Origin: an uncultured Gemmatimonadota bacterium
Lineage (GTDB): Bacteria; GCA-2686955
Length of the DNA: 63,261 nt
NCBI GenBank assembly: GCA_964490075.1
Contig: CAZBBK010000032.1
Coordinates: forward strand, 1 to 63,261
Direction of reading: 5' to 3'
The position numbers and the translations under genes are program-made. Below the pieces are notes generated by a model that saw only the letters and a program-made list of their open reading frames with translations, searched no databases and was not told the DNA's origin. Below are positions 1 to 9,980 of the stretch, in pieces (positions within the stretch are counted from its first letter, which is position 1; each line of letters begins with the position of its first letter).

Positions 1-2
1 CC

Positions 3-1859
3 ATGTTCATCCGGGCCAAGAGCCCCTGGCTCCACGGCTACCACCGGCGGCCGGATTTGCTGATCCCGATGCGCCGGACCGGCGCATGGGTCGCGGTGAC
101 GGCCGCGGAGGGACACACGCCAACGTACGAGGACGTGGATCACCTCTACCACTACTCCTTTCGCAGCATTGCCCGTGACCGGCGCATCAACAACCGAGAT
201 GGGGAGTCCTGCGGCATCTTGCTGAGGGGCTTACGAACCGCTGATCCGGTCAATCCGAAGTTTGTCGACTTCGCGGATGGCAAGACCCTTCACGAGTATC
301 CGCCACACGAAGTCCTCCCCCCTATTTGCGACCCTGCCGAGCAGATCCGCAACTGGTATCACGACAAGCCCTACGTGCTCTACCACTACCTGATGGACGA
401 GCCCTTCACACTGCACTACAATCAGGGCAATCCGCGCCAGCAAGATCCGGGCTACGAGAACTGGGACTTCTACTACCACGACATGCAACACGGCCCCGGG
501 ATCTTCTCCACAACCAAGTGGTATCTCGAAGACGGTGGCCATGACGATTGCGGAGCTGGCGCCGAGACGATCCCCGTGTTGACCGATCTCCCGCGTTCCA
601 AGCGCAGGTATCCCTACAAGAATGCGGATCCGCTGGGCCGATTCAAGCGCCCCTTCGATATCACCGAACGCTACGCAGCGGGAGATACCATTTGAAACTG
701 GTCCCACCTGGCCAAGATGACCTACTCAGAGCTGCCGGATACCACCCAGCACCCCAACTGGCCACGCGCGATCATGCGCGAGACGCGACTCGCCTGGCAG
801 AAGGACCACCACCCGGACGATAGCTTCCTGCGGCCCCAGGATTTCGACACCCTGGCGAGTGTTGCCGCCCTACTCCACGCCAGCGTGCGAGAAGCCGGAA
901 TCGAAGACAGCGTGACTATCTTGGGAGAGGTGATCTCTGAAGTCCGTACCGGTGCGGATATGGGCGTCTCGCGCCCCCTGGCCGTGGAAGAGATCGAAGC
1001 GATCGGCAACGTGCTTATGCTGATGGGTGACGAGGGGATCTGGTACTACCCACACTACTCCGCGAAGAGATGGGGAGGAGAGCCGGACGCGGCTGGCCCG
1101 ATTCTCGCGCTGGTCGACAACGCTTAGGTGCCGTGGGACGCCTTGCCTGAGACCTGGTTCGGCTCGCGCATCCTCTCCTGGGTGCCAAATCCAGACAAGG
1201 TCTTCACTTTTCAGAGAATGGGTTATCCCGCCTGGTCCGATCCCGCTGATTCAGGCAGTGTTGCGTACAACATGTGGAAGTCGGAGCCCTACTCCTATCG
1301 CTTCCGAGAGCTGCCACGCATCAACGGAAGAATCGAGCTCCACGGACAAAAGCTGCTCGGTCTGAGCAGGCGAATCACCAACATGGTCTCGATCCGTCGC
1401 ATCCTTGGAACCGCGACGCAGGACGATCTTCGCACCGCCGTCTTCCACGACAAGTCGAGGCCGATCACTACGCTCCACGTCATAGCTCTGAATACTGATT
1501 TCACGGACGACACCTACCAAGCCTTTCTCCAAACGACGTCGGGCGAGTTTCCTGATTTCTTGGATGTCGCTCCACCGCTTTTCGACCCCTCCAGGGTGAA
1601 GATCTCGATTCCCACCGATTCTCTGCCCGGTGATGCACAGGGATACTGTGTGGTCAACCTGACGAATCGATCATTGTGGCCCCACCAGATCGACGGCGGC
1701 GGCGACAGCTTGAGCTTTGATGTCACACTCAAGGCTGGCGAAGCACAGCTCTTTCATGTGGCGGCTCCATCGGAAGATGGGCTTGGCCCGGACTTCTCCA
1801 TCCATGGCCGCGACCTCACCACCGTATCGAATGGTGTGGTGCGGATTATCGCCATCTGA
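3..1859 (+). pseudogene. Long hypothetical gene (probably 5'-partial) interrupted by two in-frame stops
   Basis: ORFs 3-695, 717-1127 and 1128-1859 are in the same frame, separated only by TGA 693-695 and TAG 1125-1127. Confidence 0.6.
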
Positions 1860-1993
1860 GTTACACGCTGACGGCCGCCGAGGAACCGAAGCGCAGCGCT
1901 GGAGGGCTGGACCCCGATGACGTATCGTTCAGCGATTGCGTCGGCAGAAAAGACCCGCTCTGCAGCGTTTCCTGGGGCGTTCAGTGGCACGAC

Positions 1994-2359
1994 GTGAATA
2001 GCCCACCCGGCACGTGGGACAGCCTGCCGCCTCCTGGTTCGGGTTGCGCGCGGAAATACAATCTGGGACGCTTGGTGAACACGAACTGCATGCGCTTCAA
2101 TTACCGGGTCCACTTCGATCTGGGCAGCGATCCCCTGTGGGCGGCGTCGGAGATCGACTCCCTGCGTCTGGTGCTGATCGACGAGGACCTGACCATCGAG
2201 CGCGATCGGCTGAAACTCTGGGTCGGAAACGTCCACCTCTTCGACGAGGATCCCAACTGGGGAGAGCCCACGCCCTGTGATGAGCGCATTCCGCACGTCA
2301 AGTTCAGTATTCCGACCAACTGCCCCGATTACACGGGGGTGGTTTTCCCAGACCCGTAG
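1994..2359 (+). CDS. Hypothetical protein, possibly a fragment
   Basis: 121-aa ORF with coding-like composition; no motif recognised. Confidence 0.4.
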   Translation: MNSPPGTWDSLPPPGSGCARKYNLGRLVNTNCMRFNYRVHFDLGSDPLWAASEIDSLRLVLIDEDLTIERDRLKLWVGNVHLFDEDPNWGEPTPCDERIPHVKFSIPTNCPDYTGVVFPDP

Positions 2360-2486
2360 TGTGCGACTAACCCTGTGCTTGGCCGCCATTCGCTGAATCG
2401 GAGCGCGATTCTGCTGCTTTTCGGGTAGACCCGTACACGCGGCCATGTCGAGGGCGTCTCCAACCGGTCGGAGCTCAGCGGGACTC

Positions 2487-2665
2487 GCCCGGACTTCTCA
2501 CCAGATTCCTACTGAGACCGCACATGTCCTTGCCCTGCTGGCACTTCCCACCGGTTCGATTTGTGCGACGTAGCACCACTACGCCTCCGCATCAAACCGG
2601 CACGAAGCACCGGCAGGACAAGGACCTGCACGGTCTCGCTACGGAATCTGGTGAGAAGTTCGGGC
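2487..2665. repeat. Long imperfect palindrome / MITE-like element
   Basis: GCCCGGACTTCTCACCAGATTCC... pairs with ...GGAATCTGGTGAGAAGTTCGGGC; the arms continue inward (GTCCTTGCCCTGCTGG / CCGGCAGGACAAGGAC) for about 75 bp. Confidence 0.8.
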
Positions 2666-2688
2666 TATGGGGTATGGGGCTCGGGAGC

Positions 2689-2965
2689 TCAGGAGAGCTC
2701 GAGCGACTCCTGCGGCGGCGGCCGCGCCGGCGCTGCGCGCGGCGGCTCGGTGGGCAGGTCCACGGCCGTGAGGATCTTGCGGATTGTGTCGTTCTTCGCG
2801 TGGACCCTCGGAATCGACGCCCTGGCCTGCCCGGTTTGCGAGGGTGGCCGTCTGAAGCTCGTCTCGCTCATCACCGGCACGCGCAGAGACGTTGCGACTC
2901 CCGTGTGGTCGTGTTCCTGCGGAGCCGCGATGGAGACACGATTCTGCGCATTCTGAGCTCGGTGA
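2689..2965. mobile_element. Two short IS91/ISCR transposase C-terminal remnants in opposite orientations
   Basis: Minus strand IRKILTAVDLPTEPPRAAPARPPP; plus strand GIDALACPVCEGGRLKLVSLIT...TILRILSSV, closely matching the transposase at 6217-7335. Confidence 0.75.
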
Positions 2966-3275
2966 TCATGCGGCGGGATCTCGCAGACCACTACCGCAGG
3001 TTTCGAGCCAGTCGGGGAGTGGAGAGGTGAATAGTAGCGGCACCATGAAGTTGATCTCTGGGCCCCTGCGCACGATGCCGGTTGGGTTGATGCCGAAGGG
3101 ACCGGCAGGGAATAAGTGCGTCAGTTCGCGCCCAGATTTGGGTCGGATTCGGCCGATCTGATCGAGCGAAACCACAGGCGTAGTGATTCCTGCGTCGAGG
3201 ATTTCGCGATCGAAGATCGGTCGAAGATGGCCTGAAGATGGGATGCGAAATGGCGCACCTATTTCGTGCCGATCC

Positions 3276-3707
3276 CTAATCCCCGATTGCCTTCCGCAAC
3301 TGCTCAGGTGCCACTTCACCTTGCAGCAGGTCGACCAGGGCTAGCGTGTTTTCGAGTAGATAGATGGCTGGAAGAACCATGATCGGCCGCAGCTTCTGAT
3401 ACTGGGCCGCCGCCTCTTCGTCGACATCCACCTGGATCCGCTCGACGGCAATGTCGGAGCGCCCTTGCAGCGCCTTCTGCATTGCGGCGAACGAGTCGTC
3501 CACCCGCTTGCGGGTGCAATCGCAGGCGTTCTTCTTGCCGACGAAGACGATCTTGGCGACCTTTGGGCTTGCTGTGGCTTGCTTGATCGGAGCATCTACC
3601 GTCGTAGTCTGTCCCGATGCGGCGATCTCTGGCGTGCGGGATGCGGCCGAGGCGACGACAGCGATGCCCAACCCCGCAGCGAACAGGAAGGAAGAGACTC
3701 TTTTCAT
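3276..3707 (-). CDS. Exported thioredoxin-like protein of the arsenic cluster
   Basis: Signal peptide MKRVSSFLFAAGLGIAVVASAA, ACDC motif, ATGA overlap with the upstream gene. Confidence 0.7.
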   Translation of the reverse strand: MKRVSSFLFAAGLGIAVVASAASRTPEIAASGQTTTVDAPIKQATASPKVAKIVFVGKKNACDCTRKRVDDSFAAMQKALQGRSDIAVERIQVDVDEEAAAQYQKLRPIMVLPAIYLLENTLALVDLLQGEVAPEQLRKAIGD

Positions 3708-4411
3708 ATCATACCCCTGCTGCCGAAGTAGATGCCGACCAGGACGATCACCGCGCCGGCTCCCTTGCGCAGGATCTCCGTGGTCCGGGTCATCTTCTTG
3801 TTTTCGATGAGTGTGCGCGCGGCTCCCATGGAGGTACCGGCGATGATGATCAGCAGGCTGTGGCCGAGCGCGTAGACCAGCAGTAGCAGCCCGCCGTAGG
3901 GCACCGATGCACCAGAGCCGGCTAGATACGTCAACAGCACAACGAGGATCGGCGCCGAGCAGGGCGCCGATACCAGACCGAAGAGCAGGCCGAGCACCAA
4001 CGCTCCGAGAAGCCCGCGGGTCTTGGGTTGCACTTTGTCGGCCAGCGATGGGATGGGCACGGTCAGAACGCCCATCAGGTGCAGACCCATCACGACGCAA
4101 AGAGCGGCGACGACGAAGTTCCAGGCGCTGGAGACCTCCCCGTACATCTTGCCGGCGAGCGCGGCGACCATGCCCATGACCGTGAAGGTGATGGACAGCC
4201 CCAGCACGAACACGAATGAGAAGCCGAGCGCCCGCAGCACGCCTCGCTTCTCTTCCCGGCGGCCGGCCACGAAGCTCATCATCAGCGGGATCATGGCCAG
4301 GACACACGGGTTCGAAGCCGTCAGGATCCCGCCGACGAACACCGCCACGATGGCGAGCCACGGGTTCGTGTTGATGTACTGACCGGCGTTTGTCACCAGC
4401 TCGGTGAACAT
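3704..4411 (-). CDS. ccdA: CcdA/DsbD-type transmembrane disulfide interchange protein
   Basis: Multi-TM protein with SNPCVL and SAPCSAP motifs. Confidence 0.85.
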   Translation of the reverse strand: MFTELVTNAGQYINTNPWLAIVAVFVGGILTASNPCVLAMIPLMMSFVAGRREEKRGVLRALGFSFVFVLGLSITFTVMGMVAALAGKMYGEVSSAWNFVVAALCVVMGLHLMGVLTVPIPSLADKVQPKTRGLLGALVLGLLFGLVSAPCSAPILVVLLTYLAGSGASVPYGGLLLLVYALGHSLLIIIAGTSMGAARTLIENKKMTRTTEILRKGAGAVIVLVGIYFGSRGMI

Positions 4412-4417
4412 CCCTGC

Positions 4418-4669
4418 TTACTCCCCTGTCGCGCTTTCTCTGATCCAAGCCTCGATCTGCGCTGCCTTGGGAATGCCACCCGTGGCCTTGACCGCGCCGT
4501 CAATGACCAGGGCCGGCGTGAACGCCACGCCATATTTCATGATGTCGTCGATCCTCTCGACCTTGGTCACCTCGGCGTCGGCGCCGGTGTCGGCGACGAC
4601 CCTCTCCACCAGCTGGTGGAGTTTCTTGCACTTGGTGCATCCCGTTCCAAGAACTTCGACCTTCATCAC
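4418..4669 (-). CDS. Small redox-active disulfide protein (MTH895-like thioredoxin)
   Basis: VLGTGCTKC and TPALVIDG motifs. Confidence 0.9.
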   Translation of the reverse strand: MMKVEVLGTGCTKCKKLHQLVERVVADTGADAEVTKVERIDDIMKYGVAFTPALVIDGAVKATGGIPKAAQIEAWIRESATGE

Positions 4670-4675
4670 GACCTC

Positions 4676-4843
4676 CTAGAACACCGCTCCGTAGAGCAGG
4701 CCCGCACAAGTGGAAAGCACCACCACCAGACCGATGAAGACCAGAGTCTTGGCGCTACCCAGCACGCTTCTGATGACCAGCATATTGGGCAAAGACAAGG
4801 CCGGCCCCGCGAGCATGAGCAGCAGCTTGGTTCGTTCCTTCAC
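4676..4843 (-). pseudogene. arsP: ArsP/DUF318 permease with a large in-frame internal deletion (55 aa left)
   Basis: Translates [65 protein letters not shown] is the permease C-terminal motif; GTG start overlaps the acr3 stop. Confidence 0.75.
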
Positions 4844-5907
4844 GCGCGCTCCCTACTTCCCGGGAACTGTTTTCGTCCGAGCCACAGGGCGACGTTGACC
4901 AGCCAGATGAGCACGGGAACCTCGACCAGCGGACCGATGACTGCCGCGAAGGCGCCGCCGTGGTGGATGCCGAAGGTGGCGACAGCCACGGCGATGGCCA
5001 GCTCGAAGTTGTTCGACGCGGCCGTGAACGACAGAGTCACCGACTGCCCGTAGTTGGCGCCGACCTTCTTCGACATGAAGAAGGAGATGAAGAACATCAG
5101 GACGAAGTAGATGAGCAGCGGAATCGCGATGCGCACCACGTCAAATGGCAGCTGCACGATGGTCTCGCCCTTGAGCGAGAACATCACCACAATGGTGAAG
5201 AGCAAGGCGATGAGGGTGATGGGACTGATCTTGGGGATGAACTTGGTGTGGTACCACTCCTTGTCCTTCACCTTGACCAGCGTGAACCGCGTGATAATGC
5301 CGGCGATGAACGGGATTCCCAGGTAGATGAGCACGCTCTTGGCGATCTCGCCGATGGTGATGTTGACCGCCACGCCCTCAAGCCCGAACCAGGTGGGCAG
5401 CACGGTAATGAAGACGTAAGCGTAGACCGAGTAGAACAGAACCTGGAAGATCGAGTTGAAGGCGACGAGGCCCGCACAGTATTCGGTGTCGCCCTTGGCC
5501 AGGTCGTTCCAGACGATGACCATGGCGATGCAGCGGGCCAGCCCCATCATGATCAGGCCCACCATGTACTCGGGCTTGTCGTGCAAAAAGAAGACCGCGA
5601 GCGCGAACATCAGAATCGGGCCAACGATCCAGTTCTGCACCAGCGAAAGGCCGAGGACCTTGAAGTTGCGAAATACCGGTCCCATCTCCTCGTACTTCAC
5701 CTTGGCCAGCGGTGGGTACATCATCAGGATCAAGCCGATGGCGATGGGGATGGAGGTTGTGCCCAAGCTGAACCTGCCGAGAAGCGGCACGATGCCCGGG
5801 AAAACGTACCCAGCGCCGACACCCACGCCCATAGCCAGGAAGATCCAGACCGTGAGGTAGCGGTCCAAAAAGGAGAGCCCTCCGGCGACACCTTCCGACC
5901 TGGTCAT
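4840..5907 (-). CDS. acr3: Acr3 family arsenite efflux transporter
   Basis: [30 protein letters not shown] and GPLVEVP motifs. Confidence 0.95.
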   Translation of the reverse strand: MTRSEGVAGGLSFLDRYLTVWIFLAMGVGVGAGYVFPGIVPLLGRFSLGTTSIPIAIGLILMMYPPLAKVKYEEMGPVFRNFKVLGLSLVQNWIVGPILMFALAVFFLHDKPEYMVGLIMMGLARCIAMVIVWNDLAKGDTEYCAGLVAFNSIFQVLFYSVYAYVFITVLPTWFGLEGVAVNITIGEIAKSVLIYLGIPFIAGIITRFTLVKVKDKEWYHTKFIPKISPITLIALLFTIVVMFSLKGETIVQLPFDVVRIAIPLLIYFVLMFFISFFMSKKVGANYGQSVTLSFTAASNNFELAIAVAVATFGIHHGGAFAAVIGPLVEVPVLIWLVNVALWLGRKQFPGSRERA

Positions 5908-6106
5908 CTCTTTCCTCCACGCTTGGCTGCCCGCTCGGCGAGCAGGTCGCCACACGAGCTCCCAGCACAGGCCTTGCCGCTTCGCCAGTCGTCGAGGCGC
6001 GAGAAGATCTCGGGGTGAATGCGCTTATCGAGCAGGGCCGGCGGCAGCCCGATGACGTGCGCTTGCGCGGGTTCAGGCTTTTCGACGATGCGGAAGTAGA
6101 CCCATG
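5904..6106 (-). pseudogene. arsR: C-terminal remnant of an ArsR/SmtB regulator cut by the IS
   Basis: WVYFRI wing motif begins right after the IS end; ATGA-coupled to acr3; C-terminal Cys residues. Confidence 0.6.
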
Positions 6107-7335
6107 GCGGATAGGCACTCCAAACCGGGTTTCTGATTCTCAGTCTAGGCGAAGCGCCCGCAATCATGCCCATGTCTTCGTTCGGCTCTGTCGGGCTCTC
6201 TCCCGGGAGCACCTGCTCATCGCACTTTGCGAGGCCATTTCGGTCGACCTTCTCCGTGGCGGGCGCCTATTGGCCCTGGCGCCGCCGGCGCGGGGCAAGC
6301 TCCGCCCCTCGCGCCAGATGGGTGCCGCGCGGTTCGTCGAGATCGTTCGCGGCGCGGGCGGTGTTGGGACCGGCTGGCGTCAGTGGAGTCGAGCTCGGGG
6401 TCGTCGAGCGGTCGCGCGGGTTCGATCGGCGGCGCGCGGGTCGGCAGGCCGACCGAGCTCAGAATGCGCAGAATCGTCTCTGGTTCGGTAATGAACGAGA
6501 TGAGCTCGAGCCGGCCACCCGCGCAGGCCGGGCAGGCCAGGGCGTCGATCCCGAACACGCGTTTCGACAATTGCGCCCAGGTGAGCCTCGCGCGCCCTCG
6601 CGCGGGGAAGTCCTCGACCTGATTCTCGGCCTCGGCAGGGCATTTGGGGCACGGGTCCGGGGAGGGATCGAATGCCGCGGGAACGACCCGAGATCGCAGT
6701 GCGGTATTGGGCGCGAGGGAACCGTGGTAGACGAGCAAGTGACCGCGTGGCTCGGGCACGAGCACCGCAAGTCGTTCAACAATCTCGAGGAGGGAGTGTT
6801 CGACGTAGGCCGTGCCGTTCCGCCAGGGCTTGCGGAAGTGGCATCGCACGTTGCCGCGGGGGGTGAGCTCGAGCCGCTCGGTGGCGATCGGCGGGCGCGC
6901 GATATAGCGGCACAACCGTTCCAGGGCGGGGCGATCGTCGGCCTGCAGAGCGACGCCAGCGTGGATGTTGAACCCGCCGGCGCTGGTGTCGCGGCGGATC
7001 GTTGCCGTCCCCGCGGCTCCCCGCGCCAGGCGAGTCGCCGGCGGAATGCGCATCCCTGCGCGCGGACCTTGGGCGATGGTGCCGGCGGCGGAGGCGTGGC
7101 CGACACGCAGGAGAATCTCGTCATCGGTGTCGCCCTCTTCCTCGCCGGTGTCCGCCATGGTGAATCCGCGTTCTTCCGGCACTCGGGCGACCCTGCGGCG
7201 AACCCGGCGAGCGATGCGAGCCAGGTCGGCGTCGTTCGGCGCAGGTGTGGGGTGGAAGACCAGCTCGCCGTCCGCCGCTTCCGCGTACACGCCGTCGAGA
7301 ACGAGCGCATGGAAGTGAACATTGAGCCGCAAGCC
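6107..7335 (-). mobile_element. 5'-truncated IS91/ISCR rolling-circle element with oriIS end
   Basis: HUH motif NVHFHAL, LERLCRYIARPP, CPAC; minus-strand GGTTTGGAGTGCCTATCCGC at about 6107-6126 resembles ISCR oriIS. Confidence 0.88.
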
Positions 7336-7509
7336 CTCGAAGTGAAGCTCGCCGCGACCATCGACGCCGCCGACACCCGTCACCTCGAGTGGCTTGCCAA
7401 GTCGATCGGCACCGACCTCCTCGACGCCGGCATCATCACCACCGGCAAAGAAGCCTATAGGAGAAAAGACGGCATCGCCGTCACTCCCGCGGTCCTGCTC
7501 ACAGCCTGA
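7336..7509 (+). pseudogene. C-terminal fragment of an AAA ATPase/DUF4143 protein
   Basis: LEVKLAATID...TTGKEAYRRKDGIAVTPAVLL with no N-terminus. Confidence 0.65.
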
Positions 7510-7563
7510 CTCTGCTCTGTTGGAACCGCGCGACCACCCGCGGATCGGGCCAGTCCGCAGGCG

Positions 7564-7589
7564 TGGATTCCGGCTTTCGCCGGAATGAC
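7564..7589. repeat. REP-like hairpin
   Basis: TGGATTCCGGCTTTCGCCGGAATGAC stem-loop. Confidence 0.55.
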
Positions 7590-7804
7590 GACACGCCGGT
7601 CAAATTCCAGAGACGGGGTTGACGGCAACGCCCAGACCTCCCATCCTCGAAGGCGTCAAGTCCAACGCATCCGGTGAAAAGGCGCGAGCGATGAGCTTCC
7701 AACCGAAGGGACTTCCGGGGAAAGGCGAGCTGCGGCAGCGCACTCGCTCGGCTTGCTCTGCGCGCCCTCACCACCTCACGCACCACTCCAGAAGGGAAAT
7801 TGAC

Positions 7805-9980
7805 ATGCGTGCATCGATGCTGAATTATCTCTTACGGGCTACGGGCTACGGGCTACGGGCTAGCCATTAGCGTACTTACGAGCTCCGCGGTCGCCGGCTA
7901 CTTCGACCTGGAATGCGTCCAACGCGGCTCCAAGTGGCAGTGGCGGCTGATCGACCCGGACGGCGTCCCCTTCGGGGTCGCGGGGATGAACCGCTTCACC
8001 AACGAGACGATCTCGGTGAATCACACGGCGTGGGTCGAATACGACGAGGTGGACTTCAAAGACATCGACCGCCGCCGCAACTGGGCGCTTCACAATCTGA
8101 ACGCGCTGGAGGCGGCCAAGTTCAACTCGTTCGGGCACTTCTGCGAGTTTGACAAGTCCTTGGATCAGATTCCAGGAGTCGACCCGACCAGGCTGACCAC
8201 CAACCACGACGAAGTCTGGTGCCGCGACGGGGACGGGGAGTGCCTCGACTCCGAAGGCCTGGTCTCCGACTACTTCTGGAACGACTTCCGCATGCTGCGC
8301 TGGCTCAACGACCCGGTTGGCCCATCCGGCGCCGGACGGGAGGTGGCCTGGCTGCCGGTCTTGCAGTTTGCCGCGGGAGATGAAGGGGCGGACCACGGCT
8401 TCGATGGGCGGAGAACACCGTGGGATCCCGAAGACAACCTCACCAACATCAACTGGTTCATCGCCCGTTTTCCGGACCCCTTCTACGACGACGTCTACGG
8501 CGTCGACCCTTTCGCGACGAGCTGCGACAACATCGCCAAGGTCGCCCTGGCGAACGATCCCGACACCACCCGCGGCCATCGCTACCAGGGCCTGGCCGAG
8601 CGCGAGGAGCTGATCGGCATCTGCCTGGGCCAGGAGAACGCCTGGTTCACCAGCAAGAACGCCCTTGGAGGGGGTACCAACAACCCGTGGAATCGCCGTG
8701 AGTGGTTGCGTTGGCTGATCATGGGGTGGCGGCAGCCCGCTGGTGCCGAACCGTGCGAATCGGAAGCGGACTGCGAGCCGACGCCCGGAAAACTCGCTTT
8801 CGTGGCCGCGATGAAAGAGAGGTATGGGCTGATCGCCGAGGACTGCACCCACGCAGGGGATTGTGACGCTTCCGACAAGGCGATCTGCCACTGGAACAAC
8901 ACCTACCAGGCCGGTGGAAACAACTTCTGCATCACTAGTTGGGATGCCCCGGGCGACCCAAACTCACTGTTGAGAACCTCGACGGTCTACGACGTCTGCC
9001 AGCTTTACGGTCGCGAGCCCTTCGTGCTTCCCTTCGTCGATCACTCGGCCGACCAGTTCGAGCCCATCCTCGAGGCGGCCGCCCAAATCATCGATCCTCT
9101 GTACCCCAACCAGTTGAACGCCCCACCCGTCGATCTCGGCTGGTGGCTGAAGCAGGACGATGCCGACCACTTCATGAAGATGGTCGCCGAGGAGTTCTAC
9201 AGCAAGGCGTACGCCGCGATCAAAACCTACGACACCGACCACCTGATCTTTTCCGACCGTTACGTTTGGAGCATCGAAGGCCGGGCTTTCATCGAGATCG
9301 CCAGCAACTACGTCGACGCCCTCTGCGTGAACATGTACGTGCCGCCCGAGCTGGTCGACTCGGAACGCTCCAAGCTCGAGTCGCTGTACGACAGCCCGGA
9401 CAAGCAGGTTCCGGTCTTGATCACGGAGTTCAGCTACCACAACGATCATTGGGGGCACAATCCACATAGGCAGGACGTGGGATGGGACGGTTGTTGGTAC
9501 GAGCGCGACCACGACAAGCGCTGCGCCGATTGCCCCGGAAATCCAGGCGGCGTCCCGGTGGAGGACTGTGCCGGCATCTTCGCCTACCCCGAGGTCGGCA
9601 CCGGTGTGGCGGCTGTGTCGGCTCAGAATCGCGCCAACGCCTACAGCAGCTTCGTGCGCAAGATGCTCGAGGCCAAGGGCTGCAACGGCTGCAATCCCTT
9701 GGCGACCGGGGCGGGACAGGCGGAGTTCGTGCTGGGGGCGATCTGGTACTCGCTCTTTGATCATCAAATCACGAGGCTGTCTGGCGAGCTCGCGACCACG
9801 GACCAGACACAGAATTTCGGCCTCTTGAAGCCCACGGACGACACGCCGCAGCCGGTTTCGGTTCTCGAGACCGTGGTCGATCAGTACCAACCTCTGCGCG
9901 AATCGATGGAGTGCACGAACAAACATCTGCGCGCCTATTTCGATCCGACTCACGTGGACTGTGAAGCGGGAGAGAACTGA
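7805..9980 (+). CDS. Secreted clan GH-A glycoside hydrolase-like protein (GH50/agarase-like), frameshifted at the heptamer repeat
   Basis: The frame upstream of ATG 7986 reads GYFDLECVQRGSKWQWRLIDPDGVPFGVAGMN; also AIKTYDTDHLIFSDRY, PVLITEFSY and QNFGL; RBS plus ATG 7805 lie in another frame. Confidence 0.65.
7833..7860 (+). repeat. Heptamer tandem repeat (TACGGGC)x4
   Basis: Four perfect units read directly from the sequence. Confidence 0.95.

Noticed and set aside
2487-2665. Integron attC site
   Set aside because: The ends do not fit RYYYAAC/GTTRRRY, and there is no integrase or cassette array
7800-7831. TTGACA as a sigma70 -35 box
   Set aside because: No well-spaced -10 box, and it overlaps the probable start codon
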